Part shown: one piece after another, positions 50,079-62,533 of the stretch
How positions within the stretch are numbered: position 1 is the first letter of the stretch
How the letters are laid out: every line of letters starts with the position of its first letter
Source of the DNA: Lytechinus pictus
Lineage: Eukaryota
DNA: 64,000 nt
Assembly (NCBI RefSeq): GCF_037042905.1
Contig: NC_087250.1
Span: 27,468,001-27,532,000 of the forward strand
Direction: 5' to 3'
The notes under the pieces: model-generated
Databases searched by the model: none
What the model saw: only the letters and a program-made list of their open reading frames with translations
What the model was told of the DNA's origin: nothing
Program-made: the position numbers and the translations under genes

Positions 50079-52818
50079 AATCTGACAACATATGCTCCTT
50101 CACTACCTTGAGAGGACCTCTTGGCTCATGGCCAAACACAAGCTCAAATGGGGTGAATCCCGTAGATTCATTTGGAGTATCACGAGAGGCAAATAGGAGG
50201 AAAGGAATGCCCTTTTCCCAGTCTCCAGAGTTCTCAGAGCAGTAAGACTTGATCATTGTCTTTAAGGTCTGATGGTATCTCTCAAGGGCACCCTGCGACT
50301 GTGGGTGGTAAGGTGATGAGTTTACCTGCTTGATTCCTAATTGATGCATCACCTCCTGGAATACACTAGACGTGAAATTAGAGCCCCGATCTGACTGGAT
50401 GTCTTGAGGGAGTCCATAGCGTGTGAAGAACACCAAGAGGGCATCAATAACCGTCTTAGCCTTAATGTTCCTCAACGGAAAAGCTTCTGGAAAACGTGTG
50501 GTGGAATCCATGAGAGTAAGCAAGTATTGATAACCTGCCTTGGTTTTCGACAAAGGGCCAACACAATCTATCAATACACGGCTAAATGGTTCAGGAAAAA
50601 CAGGAATTGGAATAAGTGGGGCTGGTTTGATGTGATGTTGTGGCTTGCCCACCACCTGACAGACATGACATGACTTACAATACTCAGATACGCACTTCCT
50701 GAGACCAGGCCAGTAGAAATGAGCCCTAATCCTGGCCACTGTCTTCCTCACACCTAGATGTCCAGCAAGGGGAATATCATAAGCTAACCTTAGAATCTCT
50801 GCTCGATACTGGGGCGGGACAACAATCTGATCTACCGCAACCCAATCTTCATCAGCTGGGCGACCAGGAGGACACCATTTTCGCATCAACACACCAGACT
50901 TGATGTAATAACACTGTGAGACCTTCTCAGCCTCCTCTGCTGTCAAAGCAACATGATACAAACCCTTCAAGTCTGCAGCTGACTGTTGGGCTGCAATCAA
51001 GGCAGGCTGGCTGAAAACAGTCCTATCATCACCAGTCTGACTATTCATTCTCTCACTCAGATCTCTGAAAATTGTATCCCCTAAATCTATGTCACCACCA
51101 TTTTCAACCTCTCTCTCATCTCGCCCTGCCATAGCCTGCGCTCTGGTAACCGCACACGATGGAAAAATACCTGGGATAGCCGTTTTCATAGCCTCTGTCT
51201 TGGAATCCACTACCGGCATGTCACTCAACACAGTAGATGGCTGCACCTTACCCCCAGCCAAATCATTGCCAAGCAGCATTGTGATTCCCTTCATAGGCAA
51301 TCGAGAAACAACGCCAACTGTCACTCGCCCAGAAACCAGCCCACTACAAAGTTCTACATCATATAGAGGAACAGATTTGAAACCCTCATTCACATCTTGG
51401 ATCAGAACTCTCATGCCTGTGAAACTAGATTCAATGGATGACTCATCAGCAATTAATAGTGTCTGAACAGAGCCAGTATCTCTCAAAATCACAACAGGAA
51501 ATTCCTCTCCATCAACAGTGAACTTCACCGTGCCATCAGAAATAAATTCCTTGTATCCTTCATCCACCCCATCACGAAACGTCTGCTTTACCCCATCACC
51601 ACACACAGGGTCTCCTACACAAACCGTAGCCGGCCGAACAAAACCGCTGGCCTGGACTTTATTCTGACCAGTATTCTTGTCCTTTAGTTTCTGACAGTGA
51701 GAAATAAGGTGCCCATCCTTCTTACAGTATGCACAAAACAACCTGCCCTCTGGTCTAACACCATTAGACTGGCTACCACCACTCAACTTACTCTTCGGCG
51801 ACTTTGACCTCTCCATTTCCTTATGTAACGTCTCGGACCTACTCCAACCAAAACCACTCGCTAACGGACTAGAAGGTTGGAGCTGCGATGCGCTACTTCT
51901 ATGTGACAACTCATACCCATCTGCCAACATTGCAGCATTTCTGACACTAACAACAGCATGATCATTCATGTACGTTTTAACATCACGGGACATGCATCTT
52001 GTGAACTCATCAATCAAAACAACCTCACGCAGTGATTCATATGTCGTCTCAATTCTCAGAGACCGGATCCATCTATCAAATGCGACCTCTTTTCGACGTG
52101 CAAACTCAACACAAGTCTCTGCAGAATCCCTCTTGAGATCACGAAACATCTGACGGTATGCCTCTGGGACTAGCTCAAACGCCTGAAGGATGGCATCTTT
52201 CATTTTCCAATAGTCAAAAGCGTGATCATAGCTCAATGCAGACACGACAGAATGTGCCTTGCCTGAAATTACTTGCTGAATGAGCAATGCCCAGTCACTT
52301 TCAGGCCATTCCATTTTCCTGGCTACTCTCTCAAACAAAAGAAAGAACGAGTCTAAATCAGTCTCATCATACCTTGGAATAAGCTTTACCCTGGCAGAGA
52401 ACCCAGCTTCCATTGACCTTTTCTCTCTCTCACCCAACTGCCCACTCTGAGACACAATTTCACTATGCCGCATCATCTCAAACTCCAGTCGCTTTCTTTC
52501 CATTTCCCTCTCATGCTCAGCAGCTCTCAGCCTATCTCTTCTTTCTTCTAGTTCAATACGGGCCAGTGCAAGCCGTACTTCATCACTGTCAAGTTTAGTT
52601 CTGTCATCACAATCATTATCAGAATCACCACTCATACTTTCAGGTATCAATTCCGCACGGGCCGCAATAGCAGAAAATAACTCTGCCTTAGTCTTCAAAT
52701 CCGAAAGATCTAGCGACATTTTCTGTCCAACCGCTATCAGATCATCTTTACGCAGCTGACGCAAGCGAACGAGTGTAAGGTCTGCCTCTAAAAACGTATC
52801 TACATTAAACTGTGCCAT
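50032..52818 (-). CDS. gag (SCAN-like capsid CTD, CCHC), protease, integrase
   Basis: PEAYRQMFR.., CAYCKKDGHLISHC, LRDTGS, GHLG..CHVC, IDCVGP, SDRGSNF, SSPYHPQSQGALER. Confidence 0.93.
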   Translation of the reverse strand: MAQFNVDTFLEADLTLVRLRQLRKDDLIAVGQKMSLDLSDLKTKAELFSAIAARAELIPESMSGDSDNDCDDRTKLDSDEVRLALARIELEERRDRLRAAEHEREMERKRLEFEMMRHSEIVSQSGQLGEREKRSMEAGFSARVKLIPRYDETDLDSFFLLFERVARKMEWPESDWALLIQQVISGKAHSVVSALSYDHAFDYWKMKDAILQAFELVPEAYRQMFRDLKRDSAETCVEFARRKEVAFDRWIRSLRIETTYESLREVVLIDEFTRCMSRDVKTYMNDHAVVSVRNAAMLADGYELSHRSSASQLQPSSPLASGFGWSRSETLHKEMERSKSPKSKLSGGSQSNGVRPEGRLFCAYCKKDGHLISHCQKLKDKNTGQNKVQASGFVRPATVCVGDPVCGDGVKQTFRDGVDEGYKEFISDGTVKFTVDGEEFPVVILRDTGSVQTLLIADESSIESSFTGMRVLIQDVNEGFKSVPLYDVELCSGLVSGRVTVGVVSRLPMKGITMLLGNDLAGGKVQPSTVLSDMPVVDSKTEAMKTAIPGIFPSCAVTRAQAMAGRDEREVENGGDIDLGDTIFRDLSERMNSQTGDDRTVFSQPALIAAQQSAADLKGLYHVALTAEEAEKVSQCYYIKSGVLMRKWCPPGRPADEDWVAVDQIVVPPQYRAEILRLAYDIPLAGHLGVRKTVARIRAHFYWPGLRKCVSEYCKSCHVCQVVGKPQHHIKPAPLIPIPVFPEPFSRVLIDCVGPLSKTKAGYQYLLTLMDSTTRFPEAFPLRNIKAKTVIDALLVFFTRYGLPQDIQSDRGSNFTSSVFQEVMHQLGIKQVNSSPYHPQSQGALERYHQTLKTMIKSYCSENSGDWEKGIPFLLFASRDTPNESTGFTPFELVFGHEPRGPLKVVKEHMLSDFGMESGNVLDCVTIS

Positions 52819-53515
52819 ATTTCTCTATCCAGTAAATTGACGGAAAAAAAAGAAGAATGAAAGAAAAGAAACAAGTATTTAGGAGATCTAACAACAGTAT
52901 GTCTAAAAAAAAATCATTAAAATGTCATGCGCCCATGCCACGGACCAGGCTATGTCACACGCGTTTCAGTTTTGAAACCATATGTTCAGGTCTAATGTCA
53001 AAATAGTATGACCTAGTCTAAGAGACAAAAAAAAAAAGGTCACATCAAAAACTCCTCTATTCTAAGAGTCTAACTCTAACGTTAAGGCTCTAGAATGGCA
53101 TAGGACCTAGACTGACTCAAGAATCAAGGATAGGTCTAAATCATCAAAGTAGACAACGTTACGAAATGTCCTTGCCGGCCAAACTCATCCAGGCAATGAA
53201 CAGAGCAGAATCGCGACGAAAAATGTCCTGGAAAGTGCAGAAAAATGCACAGTATTGACAGTAAGAATATTAAATAGCACCAGCCAACGACTGCAGTACA
53301 AGCTATTTAATAAATAGACCTAAATCCTGAAATCGAGACCACAAACAACGCCTACGCTACATGTAACTTAGTACAGAAGTAGCCGAGACAAGCAAGCAGT
53401 AGGCAAATGCCAAAGCAGAGAAAACCCCGACATCAAATTAGATACGTGGGACAATAACGTAAACAAAAGCGAGATCGGACACAACCCGAGCAAGAAAAAT
53501 GGCTTGTAAAATTAT

Positions 53516-53533
53516 ATTTCGGACAAGCCCCCA
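53516..53533 (-). other. Primer binding site, tRNA-Pro-like
   Basis: TGGGGGCTTGTCCGAAAT 2 nt after the 5' LTR; resembles the tRNA-Pro PBS TGGGGGCTCGTCCGGGAT. Confidence 0.8.
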
Positions 53534-53535
53534 TA

Positions 53536-53720
53536 TGTCATATCAGGGAGGGGAGCTTAAGAAAATACCCTTCCTGGTATGACTATCACAACAACTCCAT
53601 CAACAATACAAAACAGAAACAAACGGAAAATGAGGCAAAATTCATAAAATTACCTTAAAACTTCTTTTATTACGCAAAGGCGCCCTCTTGCGCTGACAAG
53701 AATCGCACATGTACATGACA
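53536..53720 (-). repeat. 5' LTR
   Basis: Direct repeat of 47253-47437. Confidence 0.95.
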
Positions 53721-53792
53721 CACAAATTACTCGCGCTTCGCGCTCGCATTTATTATTTTTGAAGAAAAAATGATATTACATATATATATATG

Positions 53793-54865
53793 GATTTGGA
53801 GGGCGCAATTCATCTTCGCTGGATAAGGTCACGACCGTTCCCGGAGAGTGATTAAACCCTCTATTTCTAACGTTTTTGGATATATATTTTGAGAAAGGAC
53901 TAGTGGAATCTGAGGTAAATATAGTGACATAACATATATATCTATTTGGAAACTGGATGTTGTTGCATGGTCTTGATATTTTGAGATTCCAACTTTGATG
54001 TTAACGCCCAGGCTATTTTTGAAAGATGGCGGCCTACGCAGAAAAAGCCCGGTTTAAACCTCCAATAGACTCAACTGACATTAAACCGATGTTTGTGAAA
54101 CACAAGGACATCCCCTCTAGTAGATCGGAGGTTTATGGCGTTCATATCTGACGTCCCAAGACGCCCGTATAGAGCTCATCACAAAAGGCATGAATGTTAG
54201 GAATGTCAATATCGCAGTATACGATAAAAATCCATTCCTAAATGATGGAATGGATGGATGTATTCGCCTCATAATTAAGGACATACCCCTGTCAGCCCAT
54301 GACTCCTTGATTTGTGACGAACTAGAGATGAGGAAATATAAAACTGTTGGGAAACCCACCTACCAACGGCTCCGTGTTGACGGGCAGTTGACAGACTGTC
54401 TAACCGGAGATAGGACTGTTTACATCCAGCAACCATCCCAACCCCTCCCTCGTTTCATGACCTTCGGCCTCTTCAAAGGGAGAATCTTCCACCCAGGGCA
54501 AATCACAACCAACACAAGCAAGGTGGTAGTATGCTCCAACTGCTTGAACGAAGGGCACCATCGTTCAAGTTGCATTAACCCGGTTGTGTGCTGCAGTTGT
54601 AAACAACCCGGGCACATTCAGCGTGATTGCAGCTATACGACCAGGCCCACCTCGCAACAACAGGCTGACAACACCCGCACAGCAGATATCACCCCCGATG
54701 CCCAGGCGACAATTGAACAGTTCATCGCGTCCAAGCGAAATGCAGCTACACCCGTCACCGAACAGACGCATCACCCTGACGACCCCATACCTATGGAACC
54801 GAAGATTACGCGATCTAAAAGCAGCCGCCAATCGCAACAAAAGAATGCGTCGTCATCCAGAATCA
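53793..54865 (+). mobile_element. 5' portion of an L1/Tx1-like LINE: 5' UTR + damaged ORF1 (ATG 54026) with two CCHC knuckles; ORF2 absent
   Basis: IGGLWRSYL..YDKNPF..IKDIPLS..LTDCLTGDR.., CSNCLNEGHHRSSC, CCSCKQPGHIQRDC; begins after a (TA)n tract. Confidence 0.7.
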
Positions 54866-55419
54866 GGGTACTAATGGATAATTCGTTTTTCAATCCTGAT
54901 TTTCGTAGAGCAAAAACGGAAGTCAACCTCATGGATTGGTCTTTGAAAACACAAAAACGAAATCACAACGAGAAAAACCCCGTTGTGATTTCATTTTTGG
55001 AGATCAAAAACAGAAGAATGAAATCAGAAATACTTTTGGTCCTCTCTGATACCTCATTCTATACCTGTGTTTGTTATATATTAAAAACAAAATCAGAACA
55101 CGCTTTCTACCCCGTGATTCTGTTTGGAAAAACGCAGACAGCGAAAACGAAATCGGGTAGTTCGCTTTCCACTTCCTGCTCTCAGATTTCGTCTTTCGCA
55201 CAGCCAACAGCCATCACACGTGCACGCAGTGCAGTGCATGCATGATACGACCACGTGCAACAAAAATTCACTTTAACATGGCTTTTTCCAGCGTTTTCGG
55301 ACCTTCGCAGACAGTGGCGTAGCTAGGATTTTTTTCCCGGGGGGGGGGGGGGGGGGGACTGGGGGTCCTTGCTTTTTCAGGGGGGGGGGGCACCGGCCAT
55401 TTTTTGCGGTGTGTGTGTA

Positions 55420-56520
55420 ATAAAGTAATTTTTCAAGGGGCCCCCAGGGATATCCCGACGGCCTAGCCAGGGTAACCACGTATCCTAACTTGTAGAACTC
55501 GACTCGGGCAACCAGGTAAACACTAGCTTGACCCGGTACATGCACATTTAGGGGGCTCAAATTAACAAAACTAAAGGGAATAAAGGGCTATTTATCGCAT
55601 TTTTTAAATTAAAATAAAGTATTTTTTCAAGGGGCCCCCAGGGATATCCCGACGGCCTAGCCAGGGTAACCACGTATCCTAACTTGTAGAACTTGACTCG
55701 GGCGATCAGATAAAAACTGACTTGACCCGGCGCATGCACATTTAGGGGGCTAAAATTAACAAAATTAAAGGGAATAAAGGGCTATTTATCGCATTTTTAA
55801 AATTAAAATAAAGTAGATTTTCAAGGGGCCCCCAGGGATATCCCGACGGCCTAGCCAGGGCAACCACGTACCCTAACTTGTAGAACTCGACTCGGGCAAC
55901 CAGATAAACACTGATTTGATCCGGCGCATGCACATTTAGGGGGCTCAAATTAACAAAATTAAAGGGAATAAAGGGCTATTTATCGCATTTTTAAAATTAA
56001 AATAAAGTATTTTTTCAAGGGGCCCCGAGGGATATCCCGACGGCCTAGCCAGGGTAACCACGTATCCTAACTTGTAGAACTCGACTCGGGCAACCAGATA
56101 AACACTAGCATGACCCGGCGCGTGCACATTTATGGGGCTTAAATTAACAAAATTAAAGGGAATAAAGGGCTATTTATCGCATTTTTAAAATTAAAATAAA
56201 GTATTTTTCAAGGGGCCCCCAGGGATATCCCGACGGCCTAGCCAGGGTAACCACGTATCCTAATTTGTAGAACTCGACTCGGGCAACTAGGTAAACACTA
56301 GCTTGACCCGGTGCATGCACATTTAGGGGGCTCAAATTAACAAAAGTAAAGGGAATAAAGGGATATTTATCGCATTTTTAAAATTAAAATTATTTTTTCA
56401 AGGGGCCCCCAGGGATATCCCGACGGCCTAGCCAGGGTAACCACGTACCCTAACTTGGAGAACTCGACTCGGGCAACCAGATAAACACTAGCTTGACCCG
56501 GCGCATGCACATTTAGGGGG
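55420..56520 (-). repeat. 194-bp satellite array, ~5.7 units
   Basis: Periodic GGGATATCCCGACGGCCTAGCCAGGG. Confidence 0.95.
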
Positions 56521-57751
56521 CAACTGGTTAAAGCATCTCATGAGCAGATCTTATTCATATATTATACTCAGTCCTAAATCCTCCGCCAATAAAATAGTTC
56601 CGAAAGCTGAGTGACACCTGTATTTTTCTTTTATTTGCACAAAATATGTTCAATGGTTGCCCATTCTCTGTTTCTAGAATCAGTCTAATCATTATACATA
56701 TTCTTTTTTGTAATCAACTTACAAATTAAAAAAATGAGAATGGGTTGGGTCGAATGAATATCTTCAGCCTTCTGTTGTAGATCGTCATCTCTTGGAGAAA
56801 AGATGGGGGCGTATATCGATAGAAAACGTATTGTCAAAATATAAAATATGAGTATAAAGCTCCTCAAATCTTCGAATAATTCTCATGAGACATTTTCTTT
56901 TGCACGTGTAGCCTTCAATTCAATTAATTAGCAACTTAATATAATATGTGATGTATGTACCCGCGATTTGATTAAAAAAAAAATGGCCATCTGCAATGTT
57001 TAAAAATATCACGAGGTTCTGGGGGCTCCGCCCCAGACCAGTGGCGCCACCGAATGGGGAGTCCCCAGTGAGTTGCCCCCCCCCCCCGAAATTTGAAGAA
57101 ACAAAATGTATAGTAAACGTTGTCATATTACTCCAAAAAAAAATTTGTTCTTTAAATTTTAAAAATATTCTCATCCATTCACCGTTAGCATTTAGGTCCC
57201 AACAATTTTGGTCACTAACATAAATCTTTCAGGCCATTATATAAAATTCAAAATGTAGCTCGCGATACGCGCTCGCAGTTATTAATGATTATCTGTTCAC
57301 ATGGGGCTTAAAAATCAAATGTTATTAGAGTTTTCATTATTTGTTTTAGCGAGATACATATCCTGCGTATTCATAATTTCCATAGAGGATTTATTTTCTG
57401 CGAATTAGATAGCCATTCATTTTATAATTTAAAAAAAGCTTAGAACGGCCAGGTATCATCCCGGATATCAAAAATTTTCAGCTCACGCTTCGCGCTCGCA
57501 TTATTCATTTGGTGAGATATCATCTTCATGACCGAATTAATGCAAACAGCTGATTCTTAACAGTTCCCTTTTTAAATCAGTAGGGACTGCATTTGCAATA
57601 AAATTAGCTCGCGCTTCTCGCTCGATTTTTTTTTTAAAATGTGTGCCACCCCCCGGCCCCAAAATGTGTGTTTGCCTCCTCCTAGGTTAAAAACCCTAGT
57701 ACCGTCATTGCCCCGGACCCGAACCGCATAGCACTGCCCCCCCCCCCCCCC

Positions 57752-57787
<36 letters not shown>

Positions 57788-58257
57788 CTACAACCGAGAA
57801 AAAAAAATTATAAAAGGAAAGAAAGAAAAGGAAGAGGAAAGATATGTCATTTTCTGCATACCATGTCAAAATCAATCTCAAAATTGAAGGTGATTTTTAT
57901 TCTCGCTCGCTTCGCTCGCTGGAGACTTATTATTAAGCAAATTTTTGCTGCGTGCGCCATGGTGTGCCCCCTCTATTTTGTTCTTATCTCGCATTGAGCT
58001 TCGCACTAATGCTCGGGGCATAATCATAAAATATCCTGTTCATACAATGATATGACACCTCCGTTCTCCCTTCTCTTTCTCTCCCTTTCGCTTCTCTCTC
58101 TTCTATTTTGTCTTCTCTCTTTCCTTGTTGTTTTTTACTCTACCCATCGGCAGCACTAAGGGATGGGGGGAAAAGTCAGGACCGTGGTTCCCCATGCTTG
58201 AAAAAGCCCGTATTCCTTTACTTTTGTTAATTTTAGCCCCCATAATGAGCATGCAAC

Positions 58258-59498
58258 CAGTTGCGTAACAGGCGGGGGGGGGGGGGGGGCAAGCTGCCCC
58301 CTTCCCCCTGGCGGAGTTCACCGTGAAAATGTTAAGAAAAAAAAACCGGGAAAAGGAAAAAATAAGGGGAGAAAGAATGAAAGGGAAAGGAAAAGGAAAG
58401 GGAAAAAGATGAAAGGGGGAAAAGGGAGGGGAATAGAAAAGGGTAAGGGAAAATAAAACTAAGAAAAAAAAGGGAAAACGGAAAGAATTTGGAAAAAGGA
58501 AGGAAAGAAGAACATGTGAGGAAGAACAATTTTCCCAGATATACACATACATTAGCATGATTAGTAAGACAGGGAAATGAATTAAAGATGACAAAAAGGC
58601 AAACAAAAGCGGGAAATTAAGGTAGAATGGAATGAGGCAAAATCTAAATTGGAAAATAAAAAAAAAGGGACAAGATGAGCTGCTGAGGATTGAAGATAAC
58701 GAGAGGGAAAAAAGATGGATGGTATATAGCATAATTTCGTATGAAAGTCTATTATAAACTTGCTAAATATCCAAAGCTACCGGGGGCTCTGTCCAAGAGT
58801 CAAGACCCCGTGCAGTGGAGGCTCTTAACTTGTAACTTTTAAAGGGCTCTATAACGGGCCCCTATATGGACCCTTCCTGCATTAACCTTTGCGTTGAAGC
58901 ACTGGCGTACGGGGGGGGGGGGATTGGTTCCACAGCCAAGGGGAAATAAAAGAATATGAAGGAGGCAGCGAAATGAGATGAATGAAATAAAAAAAATATA
59001 AGACATGATATTTGCTGTGATGTAAAAGTCTATCACACAATTCAATTTTATTTCAAAAGGCCATTTTTCTTCTGGCTCGTTTCGCTCGCTGCCGACTTTT
59101 TACAAATTTTCCCACATTTGCTATGGTAGACCCCCTCAAAATATTTAGATGATTACGGTACACAACTGCAGCACTGAATTTATGTGTAGTGTGGAAGCTA
59201 TATAAATATACACGCAATTTGATTAAAATTAGTGGCCATCTGTAAGGTTTAAAATGGCTTTAATATCAACAGGTTCCGGGGCTCTACCCCGGACCCCACT
59301 CATTTTTGCCATTAAAATGTCAAAAATTTTGCTCGAACGCTCCGCTCGCTCGCATAAATATATATTTTTGTCCGGTACTCCATAATATCGCCCCCTCAAA
59401 ATTTGTGCCTAATGACTCCATTGCCTGCTTGATGATGTGACCGGGAAATTCTTGGTTCTTGCCCCCCCCCCCAGCCACCGACCCCTGTTACGCCACTG
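58258..59498. mobile_element. hAT-like non-autonomous element inserted into a satellite unit, 8-bp TSD CATGCAAC
   Basis: CAGTTGCGTAACAGG / CCTGTTACGCCACTG; flanks rejoin into a 194-bp monomer. Confidence 0.85.
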
Positions 59499-62400
59499 CA
59501 TGCAACGGGTCAAGCTAATGTGTATCTGGTTGCCCGAGTCGAGTTCTACAAGTTAGGATACATGGTTACCCTGGCTAGGCCGTTGGAATATCCCTGGGGG
59601 CCCCTTGAAAAAATACTTTATTTTAATTTTTAAAATGCGATAAATAGCCCTTTATTCCCTTTAATTTTGTTAATTTGAGCCCCCTAAATGTGCATGCGCC
59701 GGATCAAATCAGTGTTTATCTGGTTGCCCGAGTCGAGTTCTACAAGTTAGGGTACGTGGTTGCCCTGGCTAGGCCGTCGGGATATCCCTGGGGGCCCCTT
59801 GAAAATTTACTTTATTTTAATTTAAAAAATGCGATAAATAGCCCTTTATTCCCTTTAATTTTGTTAATTTTAGCCCCCTAAATGTGCATGCACCGGGGCA
59901 AGTCAGTTTTTATCTGATCGCCCGAGTCAAGTTCTACAATTTAGGATACGTGGTTACCCTGGCTAGGCCGTCGGGATATCCCTGGGGGCCCCTTGAAAAA
60001 ATACTTTATTTTAATTTTAAAAATGCGATAAATAGCCCTTTATTCCCTTTAATTTTGTTAATTTTAGCCCCCTAAATGTGCATGCGCCGGGTCAAATCAG
60101 TTTTTATCTGATCGCCCAAGTCAAGTTCTACAAGTTAGGATACGTGGTTACCCTGGCTAGGCCGTCGGGATATCCCTGGGGGCCCCGTGAAAAAATACTT
60201 TATTTTAATTTTAAAAATGCGATAAATAGCCCTTTATTCCCTTTAATTTTGTTAATTTTAGCCCCCTAAATGTGCATGCGCCGGGTCAAATAAGTTTTTA
60301 TCTGATCGCCCGAGTCAAGTTCTACAAGTTAGGATACGTGGTTACCCTGGCTAGGCCGTCAGGATATCCCTGGGGGCCCCTTGAAAAAATACTTTATTTT
60401 AATTCTAAAAATGCGATAAATATCCCTTTATTCCCTTTAATTTTGTTAATTTGAGCCCCCTAAATGTGCATGCGCCGGGTCAAATCAGTGTTTATCTGGT
60501 TGCCCGAGTCGAGTTCTACAAGTTAGGATACGTGGTTACCCTGGCTAGGCTGTCGGGATATCCCTGGGGGCCCCTTAAAAATTTACTTTATTTTAATTTA
60601 AAAAATGCGATAAATAGCCCTTTATTCCCTTTAATTTTTTAATTTGAGCCCCCTTAATGTGCATGCACCGGGTCAAGTCAGTGTTTATCTGGTTTCCCGT
60701 GTCGAGCTCTACAAGTTAGGGTACGTGGTTACCCTGGCTAGGCCGTCGGGATATCCCTGGTGGCCCCTTGAAAAATTACTTTATTTTAATTTTAAAAATG
60801 CGATAAATAGCCCTTTATTCCCTTTAATTTTGTTAAATTTAGCCCTCTAAATGTGCATGCGCCGGGTCAAGTCAGTGTTTACCTGGTTGCCCGAGTCCAT
60901 TTCTACAAGTTAGGATACATGGTTACCCTGGCTAGGCTGTTGGAATATCCCTGGGGGCCCCTTGAAAAAATACTTTATTTTAATTTTAAAAATGCGATAA
61001 ATAGCCCTTTATTCCCTTTAATTTTGTTAATTTGAGCCCCCTAAATGTGCATGCGCCGGATCAAATCAGTGTTTATCTGGTTGCCCGAGTCGAGTTCTAC
61101 AAGTTAGGGTACGTGGTTGCCCTGGCTAGGCCGTCGGGATATCCCTGGGGGCCCCTTGAAAATTTACTTTATTTTAATTTTAAAAATGCGATAAATAGCC
61201 CTTTATTCCCTTTAATTTTGTTAATTTGAGCCCCCTAAATGTGCATGCGCCGGGTCAAATCAGTGTTTATCTGGTTGCCCGAGTCGAGTTCTACAAGTTA
61301 GGATACGTGGTTACCCTGGCTAGGCTGTCGGGATATCCCTGGGGGCCCCTTAAAAATTTACTTTATTTTAATTTAAAAAATGCGATAAATAGCCCTTTAT
61401 TCCCTTTAATTTTTTAATTTGAGCCCCCTTAATGTGCATGCACCGGGTCAAGTCAGTGTTTATCTGGTTTCCCGTGTCGAGCTCTACAAGTTAGGGTACG
61501 TGGTTACCCTGGCTAGGCCGTCGGGATATCCCTGGTGGCCCCTTGAAAAATTACTTTATTTTAATTAAAAAAATGCGATAAATAGCCCTTTATTCCCTTT
61601 AATTTTGTTAAATTTAGCCCTCTAAATGTGCATGCGCCGGGTCAAGTCAGTGTTTACCTGGTTGCCCGAGTCGATTTCTACAAGTTAGGATACATGGTTA
61701 CCCTGGCTAGGCTGTTGGAATATCCCTGGGGGCCCCTTGAAAAAATACTTTATTTTAATTTTAAAAATGCGATAAATAGCCCTTTATTCCCTTTAATTTT
61801 GTTAATTTGAGCCCCCTAAATGTGCATGCGCCGGATCAAATCAGTGTTTATCTGGTTGCCCGAGTCGAGTTCTACAAGTTAGGGTACGTGGTTGCCCTGG
61901 CTAGGCCGTCGGGATATCCCTGGGGGCCCCTTGAAAATTTACTTTATTTTAATTTAAAAAATGCGATAAATAGCCCTTTATTCCCTTTAATTTTGTTAAT
62001 TTTAGCCCCCTAAATGTGCATGCGCCGGGTCAAGTCAGTTTTTATCTGATCGCCCGAGTCAAGTTCTACAAGTTAGGATACGTGGTTACCCTGGCTAGGC
62101 CGTCGGGATATCCCTGGGGCCCCTTGAAAAAATACTTTATTTTAATTTAAAAAATGCGATAAATAGCCCTTTATTCCCTTTAATTTTGTTAATTTTAGCC
62201 CCCTAAATGTGCATGCGCCGGGTCAAATCAGTTTTTATCTGATCGCCCGAGTCAAGTTCTATAAGTTAGGATACGTGGTTACCCTGGCTAGGCCGTCAGG
62301 ATATCCCTGGGGGCCCCTTGAAAAAATACTTTATTTAAATCATCTAAAAATGCGATAAATATCCCTTTATTCCCTTTAATTTTGTTTAATTTGAGCCCCC

Positions 62401-62533
62401 TAAATGTGCATGCGCCGGGTCAAATCAGTGTTTAACTGGTTGCCCGTGTCGAGCTCTACAAGTTAGGGTACGTGGTTACCCTGGCTAGGCCGTCGGGATA
62501 TCCCTGGGGCGCCCCTTGAAAAATTACTTTATT
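59499..62533 (+). repeat. 194-bp satellite array, ~15.6 units, with a 4-unit (775 bp) higher-order duplication
   Basis: 194-bp period; variant patterns at 60451/61226 and 60853/61628 recur. Confidence 0.95.

Larger units (their letters stand above)
47253..53720 (-). mobile_element. Full-length Ty3/gypsy LTR retrotransposon of Gmr1 type (gag-PR-IN-RT-RH)
   Basis: 185-bp TG..CA LTRs with one visible mismatch, PBS, PPT, 4-bp TSD CACG/CACA, gag-pol with one frameshift. Confidence 0.95.

Noticed and set aside
55273..62013. Family of 60-68 aa ORFs (MHAPGQ..)
   Set aside because: Translations of the 194-bp satellite, mostly with non-ATG starts and a frame shift per unit.
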